Shown here one piece after another: positions 42,483 to 57,180 of a stretch of DNA of 64,000 bases (position 1 is its first letter; every line of letters starts with the position of its first letter). The position numbers were made by a program, and so were the translations under genes. Source of the DNA: Octopus sinensis (taxonomy: Eukaryota); NCBI RefSeq assembly GCF_006345805.1, contig NC_042998.1, positions 103,912,001 to 103,976,000 on the forward strand, read 5' to 3'. The notes under the pieces were generated by a model that saw nothing but the letters and a program-made list of their open reading frames with translations, was not told the origin of the DNA and did no database searches.

Positions 42483-43554
42483 TAATATATATATATATAT
42501 ACACTCGTGTATCTAGGTATGTATATATTTGAGTATTAGGTTTCGTTGGGGTGGATGTCTTCAAGTTTTCCTGGATGTCACAGCTCCAAGGGTTCGATTA
42601 CAATCGCATGTACGCAACTGTCAAAGCAATTTGATAATTACGTCGAGATAATTGCAAATAAGTGTGTCACTCTCATTATTTCAACGGAAACTCACACGCA
42701 CATATAAAGAGCGACACATACCGTAGACGAACACATACTCACTCGCACACACATACACACACACATGCACACACACACACACAAACCCATATATAATAGT
42801 CCTTTTACATACACTCTCACTAAAATATATATTTTAGCTACTCTTTCTCCTTCTTCTCTCTTTCTCTCTGTCTGTCTCTCTGTTTGTCTATTTCACTCTC
42901 CTTATTCTTCTTTTTCTTCTTCTTCTTCTTCTTCTTCTTCTTCTTCTTCTTCTTCTTCTTCTTCTTCTTCTTCTTCTTCTTCTTCTTCTTCTTCTTCTTG
43001 TTCTTCTTCTTCTTCTTCTTCTCTCTATTAATATTACTTAAAAAGACATAAAGATACTATTCACTCCCTCATATATGTGTGAGTGTGTGTCTGTGTGTAC
43101 GTTTGAGGGTTTGCGTGTGCGTGTGTGTGTGAGACTGCTTGTGTGTGTGTGTGTGTGTGTATGTGTGTGAATGTTTCTGTGTATATGTGTGTGTATGAAA
43201 GAAAGAGAGTGAAGGTTTAGGACCAAGCAAACGGTATTTGTACCGATTGTTTTTTGTTCTGAGTTCAAATCATGCTGTTATTCGACTTAATCCATCGTGC
43301 AGTTTAACACCGCTACTTGAACCCCATTTGACTTCAGAGGAGTCCGCTCTTTTCCAAGAATTTGAGGCAGGTCTCTGATTTGAGGATACATTTCTCTCTC
43401 TTTCACGTGTTTCTTCGAGAGTCCCTTCACTCTCTCCTATCATTGTCTCTCTCTTCTCTCGCTCCCTCTTTCTCTCTCTCTCCCTCTCTCTCTCGCTGTC
43501 TCTCTTCCTCTCCATCTCTCTCCGCTGCATTCAGTTCCATTTCACCTTCGAAAG

Positions 43555-43755
43555 ACGGTGAGATGGTAGCATCGTAAGGACTCGGGCAAAATGCTTAGCG
43601 GTGCTTCGTCCATCTTTTTTACATTCTGAGTTCAAATTCCGTTGAGGTCGACTTTGACTTTTATCCTTTCGGGGTCGATTATATAATTACCAGTTGAGGA
43701 CTGGGTTACCCCTCCCCTGAAATTGCTGGTCTTGTGCCAAAATTTGATACCAATA
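43555..43755 (+). mobile_element. SINE family B
   Basis: ttctgagttcaaattccgttgaggtcgactttgacttttatcctttcggggtcg; further weaker copies near 19880 (minus), 40150, 46935, 57430 and 59790. Confidence 0.75.
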
Positions 43756-44657
43756 GTTCAGCTTCGAAATGTCATTTTATGCCAGTTAAAGAGGTTAGTA
43801 TTAAATAAAAACATCAGGTCACACATTTTGGGAGATGTGATAGACTATATCTTATAGATTTAGTACATAAATGATATGTTTTTTTATTGACTCAGAAAGC
43901 GTTAAAGGCAAGAAATGCCTTTGTAGAATTCCGATTATATTACTGCTTATATTGCGACTGCAACTACTCGTAATAATTGGGTACAAGTGCAACAACTTTA
44001 GGAGGCTAAGTCATATTTGACAGGTAATTTGTTTTATCGTCTCCAAAATGATGAAAACCCAAATCGTTCTCAAAGAATAATTTAAACCCAGGCTGCAAAA
44101 ACTGGGACAAATATCTCAAAGCAGTTTTTTCAACTCTCTAACGTTAGTGCCATTACGCCGACTTTAAATTTTCCTAATTTTCTTCACAGTCAGTCGGTAC
44201 CATCAAAACCTGTACTTGACAGGTTCTTTACTTTTACAATCACACTGGTTTAAAGGGTGTTGTCGACCTTGGCGTAACTTGGGCATTAAATGCTAATTAC
44301 CAAAAGTAACACTGCAAAGTAATTTTGTGCTTCCTATTGCTCTAATGATTCTCTGCCCTTATTATAATAATTCAGCGTCATTATTATAATTATTGTTAAG
44401 GCGAGTGCAAAGAAACTTTGTTCACCTCAACCGCTACTTGAATCCCATTTGACTTCAGAGGAGTCCGCTCTTTTCCAAGAATTTCAGGCAGTAGTAGGAT
44501 TATACGTATTTCCAGGTTTGTGTATGGGCTTCTGTCGTGTGTGAATAGATTACAGGGAAAATTTTGGAGTCAACAAGTTGGACATTTATTTTCAATCACT
44601 ACAATTGTTTCCAAGCAATGTAGTTCTCAAATACATATATACATAATGCATACATAC

Positions 44658-44709
<52 letters not shown>

Positions 44710-44717
44710 ATATATGA

Positions 44718-45405
44718 TGTAAGAAGCTTGCTTCCAACCACATGATTCTGGGTTCAGTTCCACTGCGTGGCATCTTGGGCAAGTGACTTTTACTATACGC
44801 TCGAGCCGACCACAGCTTTGTGAGTTGATATTTAGTACACGGAAACTGAAAGGAGCCCGTCATATATCTATCTCTCTATCTTAAAGGTCTAGAGACAAAC
44901 ACTTTCCTCTCTGGTGAATCTCTCATCAACTTCTTCAAGTATCACTTGAAGAGGAAGGCGAGAGTTGAGAAGGAAGTTTTGTCTAGTGAATATTTCAAAA
45001 AAAGAATGGTGAATCTAGCAAGGATGTCACGTGTGATTGACGAAGCCACCTTGAGCATAATCCTATGGACCACAAACAAAAGAAAGGAAAAAAGAGCGTC
45101 ACTTACTGTAATGCGTTTTTTTTTGCATGACATTATTGCCAGGGTTACCGTGGTAATTTCTGTAAGCTTTTCTTTCAAGGGATAAACCTAATCTGTTTCC
45201 CCTTTTTACATCATGACATTTCTGTGATACACGATCCCTATTAATCGGCTTTTTTTTTTTACTTTTAACGATCCTTTTTGATCAAATTTCTACCCACTTT
45301 TCCTTTTTTCTTTTTTTTCCTTCTCTTCCCCACAAGAAAAGCTCTACCTTGTATTTTGTCCCCTCTGTGTTCAGCCCAATGTGGCCATTAAAGAAACATA
45401 TCTAT

Positions 45406-45476
<71 letters not shown>

Positions 45477-45489
45477 GTGTGCGTGCGTG

Positions 45490-45528
<39 letters not shown>

Positions 45529-45715
45529 ATGTATGCATTTGTGTGTCTGTGTTTGTCCTCCCTACCATCGCTTGACAAGTGATTTTGGTGTGTTTACGGT
45601 CATGTAGCTTGGCGGTTCACCAAAATGAGACCGATAGAATAAGTACTAGGGTTACGAAGAATAAGTCTTGGAGTCGATTTGCTTAACTAAAAGGCGGTGC
45701 TAAATGACTGACATA
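44718..45715 (+). mobile_element. SINE family A split by a LINE insertion (5' half 44718-44865, 3' half 45465-45715)
   Basis: Head and core end at cccgtcatatatc; the body resumes after (CT)n with tttgtgtgtctgtgtttgtcc..gcttgacaa..gatagaataagtactagg. Confidence 0.75.
44881..45400 (+). mobile_element. 3' end of a non-LTR retrotransposon (probably L1/Tx1-like ORF2 C-terminus + 3' UTR)
   Basis: Reads LKGLETNTFLSGESLINFFKYHLKRKARVEKEVLSSEYFKKRMVNLARM, followed by a pyrimidine-rich UTR and a tail ending attaaagaaac at (CT)n. Clade assignment is from recollection of similar C-termini, not from a diagnostic motif. Confidence 0.55.
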
Positions 45716-45779
45716 AGTATCTCTATCTAAGTCATTCCTCAGGATGCCCATAAGAATAAAAGCATATATATATATATAC

Positions 45780-45810
<31 letters not shown>

Positions 45811-45904
45811 TGTATGTATGTATGTATGTATGTATGTATGTATGTACATTTCGTTTTGGGATTTGGTTTGCAAGATTCTTTATCTGAGTTTGCGTGCTGA
45901 AGCA

Positions 45905-46173
45905 TATTTTGTCGTGTCTGGGGAGTCATTTTCTTTTAGTGCCTTATTAGTTAAAAAATCTCACCGGTAAAGTTTCCCCTCCTTTACTTATTTATTTTTG
46001 CAAAAATTTTCGTTGCGTCTTGCAACCTTTTCAATATTTTTTCGATAGTCAATAGTCAACAACTATTGAAAAGGTTGCAAAAGGCAACGAAAATTTTAGG
46101 AAGCTAAAATGAGTGGAAACTTTACCGGTGTGATAATACGGCATTAAAAAGAATGACTCGCCCCAGACACAAC

Positions 46174-46178
<5 letters not shown>
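45905..46178. repeat. Imperfect long inverted repeat (arms about 45905-46036 and 46064-46178), PLE pLTR-like
   Basis: ttgtcgtgtctgggg..caccggtaaagtttcc..ttttcgttgc..tgcaaccttttcaata is mirrored by tattgaaaaggttgca..gcaacgaaaa..ggaaactttaccggtg..ccccagacacaacaa. Confidence 0.88.
46063..46099 (+). ncRNA. Minimal type-I hammerhead ribozyme, U3-A8 core variant; second copy on minus strand at about 46000-46037
   Basis: CTA-TTGAAAA-G-GTTGC-aaaag-GCAAC-GAAA-AT-TT-TAG: stem I CTA/TAG, 5-bp stem II, AATT palindrome as stem III. Confidence 0.65.
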
Positions 46179-46221
<43 letters not shown>

Positions 46222-46222
<1 letters not shown>

Positions 46223-46605
46223 GGTGCAGGAGTGGCTGTGTGGTAAGTAGCTTGCTTTCAAACCACATGGTCCTGGGTTCAGTCCTACAGTGTCTTCTAC
46301 TATAGCTTTGGGCCGACCAAAGCCTTGTGAGTGCACTTGGTAGACGGAAACTGGAAGAAGCCTGTCTTATATGTATATATATGTATAGGTATGTGTGTGT
46401 ATATGTGTGTCTGTCCCCCCAATGTCGCTTAATAACCGATGCTGGTGTGTTTATGTCCCCGTAACTTAGCGGTTCGTTAAAAGCGACCGATAGAATAAGT
46501 ACTAGGGTTACAAAGAATAAGCTCTGGGGTCGATTTGGCAGACTAAAGGCGGTGCTCCAGCATGGTCGCAGTCAAATGACTGAAACAAGTAGAAGAGTAA
46601 AAGAG
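46222..46605 (+). mobile_element. SINE family A, near complete
   Basis: A box TGGCTGTGTGG, B box GGTTCAGTCC, core, central microsatellite, tail aaatgactgaaacaagtagaagagtaaaagag. Confidence 0.88.
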
Positions 46606-47211
46606 AGTATAATATATATATATGTGAGTAGATGAAACAAAGGCGAATGAAGAAGGGGAATTTTCCTTGTATTGTATGTCCTGCACTCTATTTTTTCGTT
46701 GTTTAAGAAAAATGTCCATTTCCTTGGTTTTGTGTTTATGTTTTCGTTTCTCATTGTGTTCGATGAAATTCTGTGAGTCAAATTTTCATAGTTTGAGCCG
46801 CCAATTTTCTACCGTTTTACATTCAGAGTTACCTCATCAGTATATTCATTAATTGTTAAAACAACAGACAAGAGATGTTCCTGCTTTTTCTAGTAGATCT
46901 AACGACTTGTAGAAGCACAATCATTGTTTCGTAATGGCACGGCATTTCTTCGACTTCGTTAAGTTCAGAGTTCAAATCCATCGAAGTCAAATCTGCCCTT
47001 CATCCATTCCGACTCGCTGAAATAAAGTAGGATACAGGTACTACGGTCGATGTCATCGACTAATCTTCATCACGCTAGAAATTGCTGGCTTGTCCCAAAA
47101 TTTGCAAAGTGCCTTGCTCAAGAACACAATACAGAGCCCGGGATGGGAATCGTACTCATTGCCCCATGAATGAACCATGCACTTTCACACATACGCACAC
47201 ACACAAACACA

Positions 47212-47321
<110 letters not shown>

Positions 47322-47465
47322 AAAACCGTATTAAGGTAAAACTTGAGATGGTAAGCCATTTGAGACATTCTTAAGAATATTTAACCGCGTTTTCTTATGT
47401 TCTTTTACGTTGAAATGTATTCGAGCAATACATTAAACATTCTATTATCTCCAAATTGCGTAGTG

Positions 47466-47534
<69 letters not shown>

Positions 47535-48223
47535 TAGGTGGTGGTGCTGACGTCGTTGGTGTTATTAATTAGCGTTGACTAATCACTAAATGTGTTCTTG
47601 TAATAAATCGTGCCATTTTCAGTCATAATCTACCTCGGAATAATTTTCAGATGTGTTATATTCAAGCGTATGTTATATATTTTGAAGGAAATTTGACTGT
47701 TAGTTATAGCAGGTAGACATTTATCTCATATAATTTTAGTATGTGTGTTAAAAAGGATTTTTCTTCTTTAATGATTATTCAAAATGGATATGGCGTAATA
47801 ATTTATATCTTCGGTGCTTCACGAATGTGGTCTGCAGAAGGAAGGAAGTTATCCCTAAACGAGAAACCTAACCCAAATCCTTGCATCGGAATGATGTCTA
47901 AAAAGCTGCAAAGATTTAATTATGATGTTAAACTCGACGACGGATTCGGTTTGCCACACAATTTTTGGATCCCATTGAGTTGCTGATAAAATGCTTGTGT
48001 TTGTAGCACTTAGTTATGTACTTTTAAGGTTTTCTTTTTTTCTTACAGAGTTGTCAATGAAATAGTGACCAAAAGCAATGTACAGGGGACGGCTTCAACG
48101 ACTAAACACTATTTCTGAAACATATATCTTGTCTGGAGAGTAATTTAGCAAATATCTATATTATTTTACGTCAGGTAACGGGCAGTGAATGACAGGGTTG
48201 GCAGAAAGATTACAATTCTGCGA

Positions 48224-48403
48224 GTTGGCAGAAATGTTACCTTCTGAGTTCAAATTCCGCCGAGGTCGATTTTGCCTTTCATCCTTTCGGGGTCGATAAA
48301 ATAAAGTATCAGTTACGCACTGGGGTCGATGTAATCGGCTTAATCCTTTTGTCTGTTCTTGTTTGTTCCCTCTGTGTTTAGCCCCTTGTGGGCAATAAAG
48401 AAA
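48224..48403 (+). mobile_element. SINE family B with LINE-like tail
   Basis: ctgagttcaaattccgccgaggtcgattttgcctttcatcctttcggggtcg...ccctctgtgtttagccccttgtgggcaataaagaaa. Confidence 0.82.
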
Positions 48404-49837
48404 GATTAGGTTACACTACCAGCAAAATATTTTGCCCTATTTAGTCACGCCACTCTATGTTCTGAGTTCAAATATTACCGAGATCACCTTGACCCTACAT
48501 CATTTCTACAGTCGATAAAATATATACCCGTCATGTAATGGCGTCATCTATACTCTGTACACTAAAACCCTTGTGCATATTCTTTCATTTGTTACTGATC
48601 TGAAGCACTTATCCAATGAAATCGACACGAAAGCATATTTTAAATCTGGTAAATACAATATAGTCTATTTTTGTCATGCCGCTAAGTTTCAGGTAGGTAA
48701 ACAAACCAAAAGCCGGTAAACAAACCAAAAACCAAACACAAATATACAATAATACACACTCACACACACACAAACAAACAAACAAACATACGCATACACA
48801 TATGCACACACAAACACACATACAAATTCACACATACGCATGCAAACATGATGTGCTTTTGAAGTTTCTGTTTTCCAATTCATTCTCTGGGCACTAGTTG
48901 GCCCAAAGCTGTGGTAGAAGACATTTACCTAATGTGCTGCGGACAGTGAGGCCGAACCTGAAACAATATGCTTGGAAATCCATCTTCTTAACCACACAGA
49001 CATACATACATGTTTCTATGTTTAAAAACCATAACTTTTGTCCAAACAAAAAGCTGTCAATTTTAATATATCGCTTTAAAAGACGAGACATAACATGTAA
49101 AAAAAGATAGATTTTAACTCATTCACATATGAAAACTATTTAAAATTTGTTAATGCACATGTCAAAACAGAGATAGATCCAACTAATTTTAAGTCCATCA
49201 ATATCATCATTGTCGTCAATTATAATTCCACTAACATCTATGATGATATATGTTAATACGAGATCTACTACAGAACTTCAATAGCATTTCGTTCAATAGA
49301 CCACTGAAGGATGAAAGGAAAAGTTGACCTTGGCAGGATTTTGAATCATTACATTAAAGAGTAATAACTAGACACTGTAATGAATTTGCCCGACATCCTA
49401 CAGATTCTCTAAAGCACCAATATGATTATCCATTCATGTTTACAACCATAAAATAGTATTTGGTTTTGTTGTTGATTTTTTTTTCTACATTTTATGAACA
49501 GTTGTAATCAATAAAGAAGTGTATAGAATCAAAGGGAAAGTATATTAGACGACTTTTATGGATATGTGGCTTTTAAAATTAACAATATGTTAGGAAACGT
49601 ATGTTTCGTCATTACAGTTAAACACACATACTGTGTGCGTGTAGACACACACACACACACACACACACACAAGCACTCTGTCACACACACAAACACATAT
49701 ACAGGCACATAAACGCATTTATATATAAGCTGGATATGCATGATACATATGTATGCATTAAATAAGTATACACATATGCACAAACGGACATGCATATATA
49801 TATGTGTGTGTGTGTACGTGTGCATGAGTGTATCTCA

Positions 49838-49921
<84 letters not shown>

Positions 49922-50812
49922 TACATACATACATGCATATATATATATATATATACAGGCATATGTATGCACATATATGCATACATATGCATGTATGTGC
50001 TTTTAAACTGGAAAATTCATGACGTTGATGATGATGATGATGATGTTGATAGAGGAGAAAGGGGAGTGGCGTAGGAGAAGGAGGACGAGGAGGATGAGGA
50101 CGACGACGACGACAACGTTGAGGACGGTAATTAATTTCAACATAATTACATTCAAAGCCATACTCGGATGCCATGACCACCATGCACTGATGACGATAAG
50201 GACGACGACGATTACCACCATCACCAACACCACTATCATCATCATCATCATCATCATCTTCTTCATCATAATCAGTGTCATCTTTTTCTTCCGTATAATA
50301 TTATCATTAGCTTCATCAACATCATTAGCACCATTGTTTGATATATTAGTGCTAGTGTGTTGAGGAAGGGAGGGATTAAAGGAAAGGTGAGAGAGTATGA
50401 TGGGAGGGGTGTTGCACGTGTCTGCTTGTACGACTGATTTAAATAGATGTGAAAATTCAGGAATTATAAAAGTCAGTGATATTTTAATCAGGAATGATGT
50501 CAAAGAGATGCTAATTCAATATCGTAATTTCAAAATGAATGTATCTGTGTGTAAAAACAGTAACATGACGGACAAGTGTGTGTGAATACATACACTATAT
50601 ATATATATATATAATATTATATATAGATATATATATATATATTACGTAACTTAACTAGTCAACAACATTGCACCGTTTATCTACATACACACACATACGA
50701 AAGCATGTATGCATATGTGTATATAAATACATATATATATATGTCTGTCTGTCTGTATGTATATATATATTGCGTATGTACACATATATATACATATATG
50801 TATGTATGTATG

Positions 50813-50861
<49 letters not shown>

Positions 50862-51055
50862 TGTATGTATGTATGTATGTATGTATGTATGTATGTATGT
50901 ATGTATATACGTGAGTGTGGTGTGTTTGTGCAAACGTATACATGTGTACAAACATTAACAAAATGATGTTTGGAATAAAATAACCTACCTCTTCATATGT
51001 ATATATATATATATATACATACATATGCATATATATATATATATATACATACATA

Positions 51056-51094
<39 letters not shown>

Positions 51095-52053
51095 TATGCA
51101 TATACATATATATATTATATATGTTATAATTATATATGTATATTATATATATATTATACATATATATATGTATACACTCACACATTTATATATATACATG
51201 GATGGACGGATGAATGGATGTCTATATATGTCTGTGCATATAAATATAAATACCTATACATATATTTATTGATATGTGTATGTATACAAATATATACGTT
51301 CACATATCAATAAACATATATGCATATATATACCTACACATATATACATTTATGTGCATATACTTTCACCTATAGAATTAAAAACATATACATACGTTTC
51401 ACAGAAACTAACATGATGAAACAGGTAATATAATGCATATATTCATACATACCAGTAGTTGAGGATTCAAATCCAGTTACTCAAGTGACAATCAGTACGG
51501 ACACTCAACTGGTCAGTAATGCACAAGGCGTCTATGCCAGTCCATACATATTTCCTTTGTGGATATATAATAATGCTGAAGGCGGAAACCTAATGCATTT
51601 GTGTTTGTGGAGAGAAGTGTGCATTTTTGTCTATATCATTATGTGCACGCATGTGTGTATATGCGTGTGTTTGCCTGTTTGCATGAGTGTGAGAATGCGT
51701 GTGCCTGTTTTATTATAAGCAGATTTCTTGTAAGTCGTCATGTACTTTCCGTTCGATATAATTTTTTTTGAAATTCCTATTATTCGTATGGAACGTTTAA
51801 TCTGATTTTTAGATAATCATCTATTTTTACATATTAAATGTTTAATACAAACACATATATGTTGTATAACGTCTTCACGCTTTCTCTCTCTTTTTTATTC
51901 TGGTTTTTTTTTTCTTTTTTTTTTTTGATAAATTTCTACTTTTCTACCTCCACCCCTTTTGCAAACACTGTATTATTTATTATATATATTTCGTTCTGTG
52001 TACGACAGGCCCGCGGTCGTAATAATAAAGAATTTATTATTATTATTATTGTG

Positions 52054-52117
<64 letters not shown>

Positions 52118-52199
52118 TATTATTATTACTAACGGCTGTTGTTGCTCGTGTTGTAATTGTTGCTATGAATATTACTGCTGTATTTGTTTGTTGTAGTAT

Positions 52200-52236
<37 letters not shown>

Positions 52237-52476
52237 TCTGGTTAGTTGTTGTGGATGCTGTTGCAGTGTGCAGAATGGTTCAGCACTTAGTGCCGTGGAC
52301 TGTGTCGATGTAAACGTAGAAATGATTCTTTCTTGTGTCGTGGACTGGTCGTGCCCGATAGCCTTTTTTTTTCTTTTTTTTTTCACATAGCTGTCCTGCT
52401 GTCCTGCTGTTTCTGCTGTCCTTACAGCAATTTTATCACATCTTATTATTTATTCCCCCCGTCATATCTTATATAT

Positions 52477-52525
<49 letters not shown>

Positions 52526-53186
52526 TTTCTTTTTGTCTTTTTACAATGTGTGAAACGAAAACCTATACAATCTCTTCCTCATTCACTTTCCATTCTATGT
52601 AATAACACATTTCAATGGATTTATCTCCTTTTCTCTTTTCTTTTTCCTTTTTTTTTAAAATTGTCACCCTTTCTCTTCTCTCTATAATTCTACATCACTC
52701 TCTCTCTCTCTCTCTCTCTCTCTTATTCTCTCACCCTTTTTCCTATAATACTTCTGCAGTCCGTTCTTCTCTCTCAACAAATTTAACTCTTTCTCTCTTG
52801 CCTACGTCATACTCTCTTTCCCCATACCTCAGCTATTTTTATATGATTACTTTATTTTCCTCCATTGTATTTGCTTTCCTTTTTCTCACCGTCCATTACC
52901 CAACCCAAGCACTTACCCTCTTCTCCTAATAGTACTTATCCCGTGATTACCTTATTCCACTTTTGCTCTCGCTCTACCCTCTTCTTGTCTTCTTCATCTA
53001 TCTGCAATTTTCTTCTTACTTCTTGCCCTTTGCTTCTCTTTCCTACCATTAATATCATTTTACTCCAACACACTTAAAGCATACAACCATACACAACACA
53101 CACTACATACACAACACATTCATACATAAATTCGTTCATATATGCACACGTACGCGAAAAATAGACACATGAATATAATATATAAG

Positions 53187-53229
<43 letters not shown>

Positions 53230-53238
53230 GTGTGCGTG

Positions 53239-53281
<43 letters not shown>

Positions 53282-53412
53282 TTGTCAGAGAATCGCCATC
53301 TCTTCAACTGTGCAAAAACATACAATACAACAACAAAATAATAATGCAGTCACCACCATCATTACAGCTCCAGCCAATGGTGAGTCCACCCCGCCATTGC
53401 TAACACTGGTTA

Positions 53413-53637
53413 GGAAGAGAAGAAGGAAGAAGAAGAAGAAAGAAGAAGAGAAGAAGAAGAAGAAGAAGAAGAAGAAGAAGAAGAAGAAGAAGAAGAGAAG
53501 GAGAAGAAGAAGAAGAAGAAGAAGAAGAAGAAGAAGAGAAGAAGAGAAGAAGAAGAAGAAGAAGAAGAAGAAGAAGAAGAAGAAGAAGAAGAAGAAGAAG
53601 AAGAAGAAGAAGAAGAAGAAGAAGAAGAAGAAGAAAC
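53413..53637. repeat. (GAA)n homopurine tract, ~220 bp
   Basis: Directly visible; source of the poly-K/R ORF 53142-53648. Confidence 0.95.
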
Positions 53638-54024
53638 TTCCTTGTTAACACCAATATCTCAGCGAGTTTCACTCCTATTAAACTTCTCAGATTTACATGA
53701 AGTTCCGAAACTTACAATAGCAGCAACATCAGCAACAACTAACACTAACAATGCAACCATAGCAACAACAACAACAACAACAATGGCTACAATGGCCTCG
53801 ATGAAGACGACAACGACGCAAATAATGATGATGATGCCGTCGATATAGAAAACAACAAAAAAAAAGGTCTATAACACCTATGTGCATACTAAAAGAATTC
53901 TCATTAGTGAACCTACCAAAATCATTTCTGCTACTGGAGAGCAATTCTAAAACCAGTAATACCGTGCTGTTCACTATCACCACGTAACAACAACAACAAC
54001 AACAGCATCAGTATATCAGCAATT

Positions 54025-54069
<45 letters not shown>

Positions 54070-54309
54070 ATTAATGCACATCTACTATTCTTAAAGATAG
54101 AATCGAATCAAATACGTTATGTATGAGAGTCAATAATATATATATACTTGAAATGCGATACACACAGAACTTATGCCTATTCATAGATATAAGGTATACA
54201 TATACATGTATCCACACATACACACACACTCACACATATATATGCATGTGCGTGTATGTACACATATATATCTATAATATATACATATATCTTAAATGCA
54301 TATATAAAT

Positions 54310-54349
<40 letters not shown>

Positions 54350-54531
54350 TTCATATATAAATATTCATTTATATATAAATAAATATGCATACATATATAT
54401 AAGCACATATATGCATATGTATATCAATACACAGTTATATGGACACGCACACAGATACACACCATGGATGTGGACTTATATAAGCACACTAAGAGATTTC
54501 CATATGCCCTTCTCTCTCTTTGCTTAACTGC

Positions 54532-54562
<31 letters not shown>

Positions 54563-56809
54563 ACTCACTTACTCACAGACATACACTCTCTATCCCCCTC
54601 TCTCGCCCTCATTCTCTCTGACTCTTACGTCTTATCCTCATTCTCAGTCTCTTGCTCCATTTTTGACTCCACTCTCCTTGATTTCGCCTTTCTGCTTCTT
54701 CTCAATTTTTCTGCTCTTATACATCTACGTCGCCTTCCGCTCTCCTCGCCCTTCACCCCTCACCTACACCTGTAATGATATGGTACTTAAACAGACACAC
54801 GCATGCAGTAAGTGATAGACATAAGGCGTAGCCATCTTTCATTAGCGAGGCATTCATAACAGCAGACAATACCGATAGTTTTTCGGTCCTGTAACCCACT
54901 ATCATCGTGAAAATTACCAATCTCCTCTTTCCACAGTGAGACGTCCACCGTTTTCTTTTCCTCTGTATCCGTTTTTCTTTCCCCTACTACGTCAAGATAC
55001 AGTAACGTCCCATTAAATATCTTTCCAACCTTGTAAATGATTCTTTTTTCTTATTCTATGCTTCTCATGCTTTTATTCCTTTTTTTTTTCAGTTTTGTCT
55101 CCTCTCTTCTGTATCCATAACTACCAGAGTCAAGCTTAACCAATCAGATGCCTATCCAATTTTCTAAGTAACCCTGACAATATAGTTCTACAGATATATT
55201 TGTATAAATTTTTCACTGGTATGTATACATCATTCATATTATACGTAGTTTCAGTTATAGAATATTCTACAGAGTAACAAATATATATATTTCCCCTTTT
55301 TTATATTCCTTTATTAATACGTATGTATATATGTATGCCTACATTTATACTTATATGTATATATGTATACTTGTCTTATTAAATTAAATTATTTCTGCAT
55401 ACACACAAATATTTGGGCATATGTACATATTTACATACATTTTATATACATACATATATGTGTGTGTGAGTGAGTTTGTATGCATGCATTGCATATTGGA
55501 AACGGAATGCTTTGTGTTTATATTTGGATCCGTAATATCCTCATACAGTAATACTGAGATTAATTGTACTAACATATCAGTCGCTCGAGAACTGGAATGG
55601 GAAGTAGAAAATTACCAGATAATGACCAAGAGAAAGCATTTTCAGCTTTCTCCTGGATATAGTACATGACATTAAAGAAACTTCAAATTTAAAAACTTAG
55701 AAAAATATCCTCAGCAAATAACAATATTAAATAATTGTTTCCATGTTTGAAGTTGTTCCATCGGTAACAACGTTGGTGCAGTGGCTGCATAGCTAACAAA
55801 CGTGTGTGCGTGTTGACAAAATAAACCCTGGATTTTCCTTGGCAACATCAGTGTTTTTCGTCAGTTCTGGAAAGATCGATGTTTTCCGAAGAGTAAGAAA
55901 TTTCTGTGACTTCTGGTCGTCAGACGATAATGAGAAAATCTCCATCTGCACACTTTACGCAAAATATAGTATGTACAGGCGTACGAACATACATGCAAAA
56001 ATATACATTCATACACCAATATACACCTTCCAGTGTAAATATTTGCATACACACATGCACACTTATTAAAATATCGCCAATATATTTGAAAAGAACCGTA
56101 AAGAGGAAGTTGAGTGAAGGTAACTTCGACTAAATTAAAGTGGTAGGCATTTCAAAGACTTAGACTCAGTTATGCTCCTGTTCTGTTTTCCTTATCGCTA
56201 GTGGTCTTGTACGAGTCTCCTACTGCTCTCTTAGAATGCAGATAAATTCATTAGAATCAATATTCTTAATAGGGAAAATAATTCGTTATATTAATAAAAA
56301 GAAAATATTTATGAAATTTAACTAAAATTATTTCCTGCAGGCATTACAGCTGACAGACAATTAGGAAAAAACCCTGATAAATATGAGCCAAATGGGATTG
56401 GAAATTATGAAATTAATGCGAATTAACCCGGGTGAATGATATCAAACATTATAAACCCGAGAAACCGAAGCTCTCAGTATCTCTTTCTTTTCTTCCCTTT
56501 ATTTTTTTACATGCAGCAATTAGTGATTATATTTTGTACAGAATATTAACAAAAATAAACTTTTAAAGTTTAAAGCTTATAACTTAGAAACAATTCATAG
56601 AAAATGATTGCTAGATGTTGTAGTAGAATAGCTGTGATTGTTGTTGATTTGCTGTAGATCAATTAGAGAAATAAAAGACTAGCTTATCTTATTAAATATT
56701 TACTAATTTAAAAGTTAGGTGTGCTTGAACAGACTTTGACTGATAAAACTAACAGATAATAGAACCGCAGAGATATGTGCGTGTGTGAACGTGCGTATGT
56801 ATTTAAGTA

Positions 56810-57180
56810 CTAGCAGTATCGCCCGGCGTTGCTCAGGTTTGTAAGGGAAATAACTATAAAGCATTTTTAGAGAGTTATAGCCAAAAAATAGCAAAAAAAT
56901 TATGGTAAATTTTTTTTAGTTAAAAAAGGTGGAGTTGCGTCCCCTAGACAGTTTGCGGTTTGTGTTTCTGATTCTCGACCCCATGTCGAATTTATCAATT
57001 TTTTTCAGAACTGGGGGAACTTTTCAAAATTTTCGCTGCGTTAGTTTTGAATTATGACATTGGGCTATGTGTGTGTCAAGTTTCATCAGAATCGGTTGAA
57101 AGCCGTGGTCAGGGTGAGGGTACAACCTGACAGACACACAGAAACACGCACAGACAAACTGCCGTTTATATAGAGAGAGA
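56810..57180 (-). mobile_element. Non-autonomous Helitron
   Basis: Same ~65-bp 3' terminus (hairpin + CTAG) as 37366-37741; the 5' end starts TC on the minus strand; A|T insertion site. Confidence 0.8.

Noticed and set aside
52129-52390. ORFs 52129-52386 (-) and 52184-52390 (+)
   Set aside because: Built from poly-T and (AGT)n runs; the short unique part has no motif.
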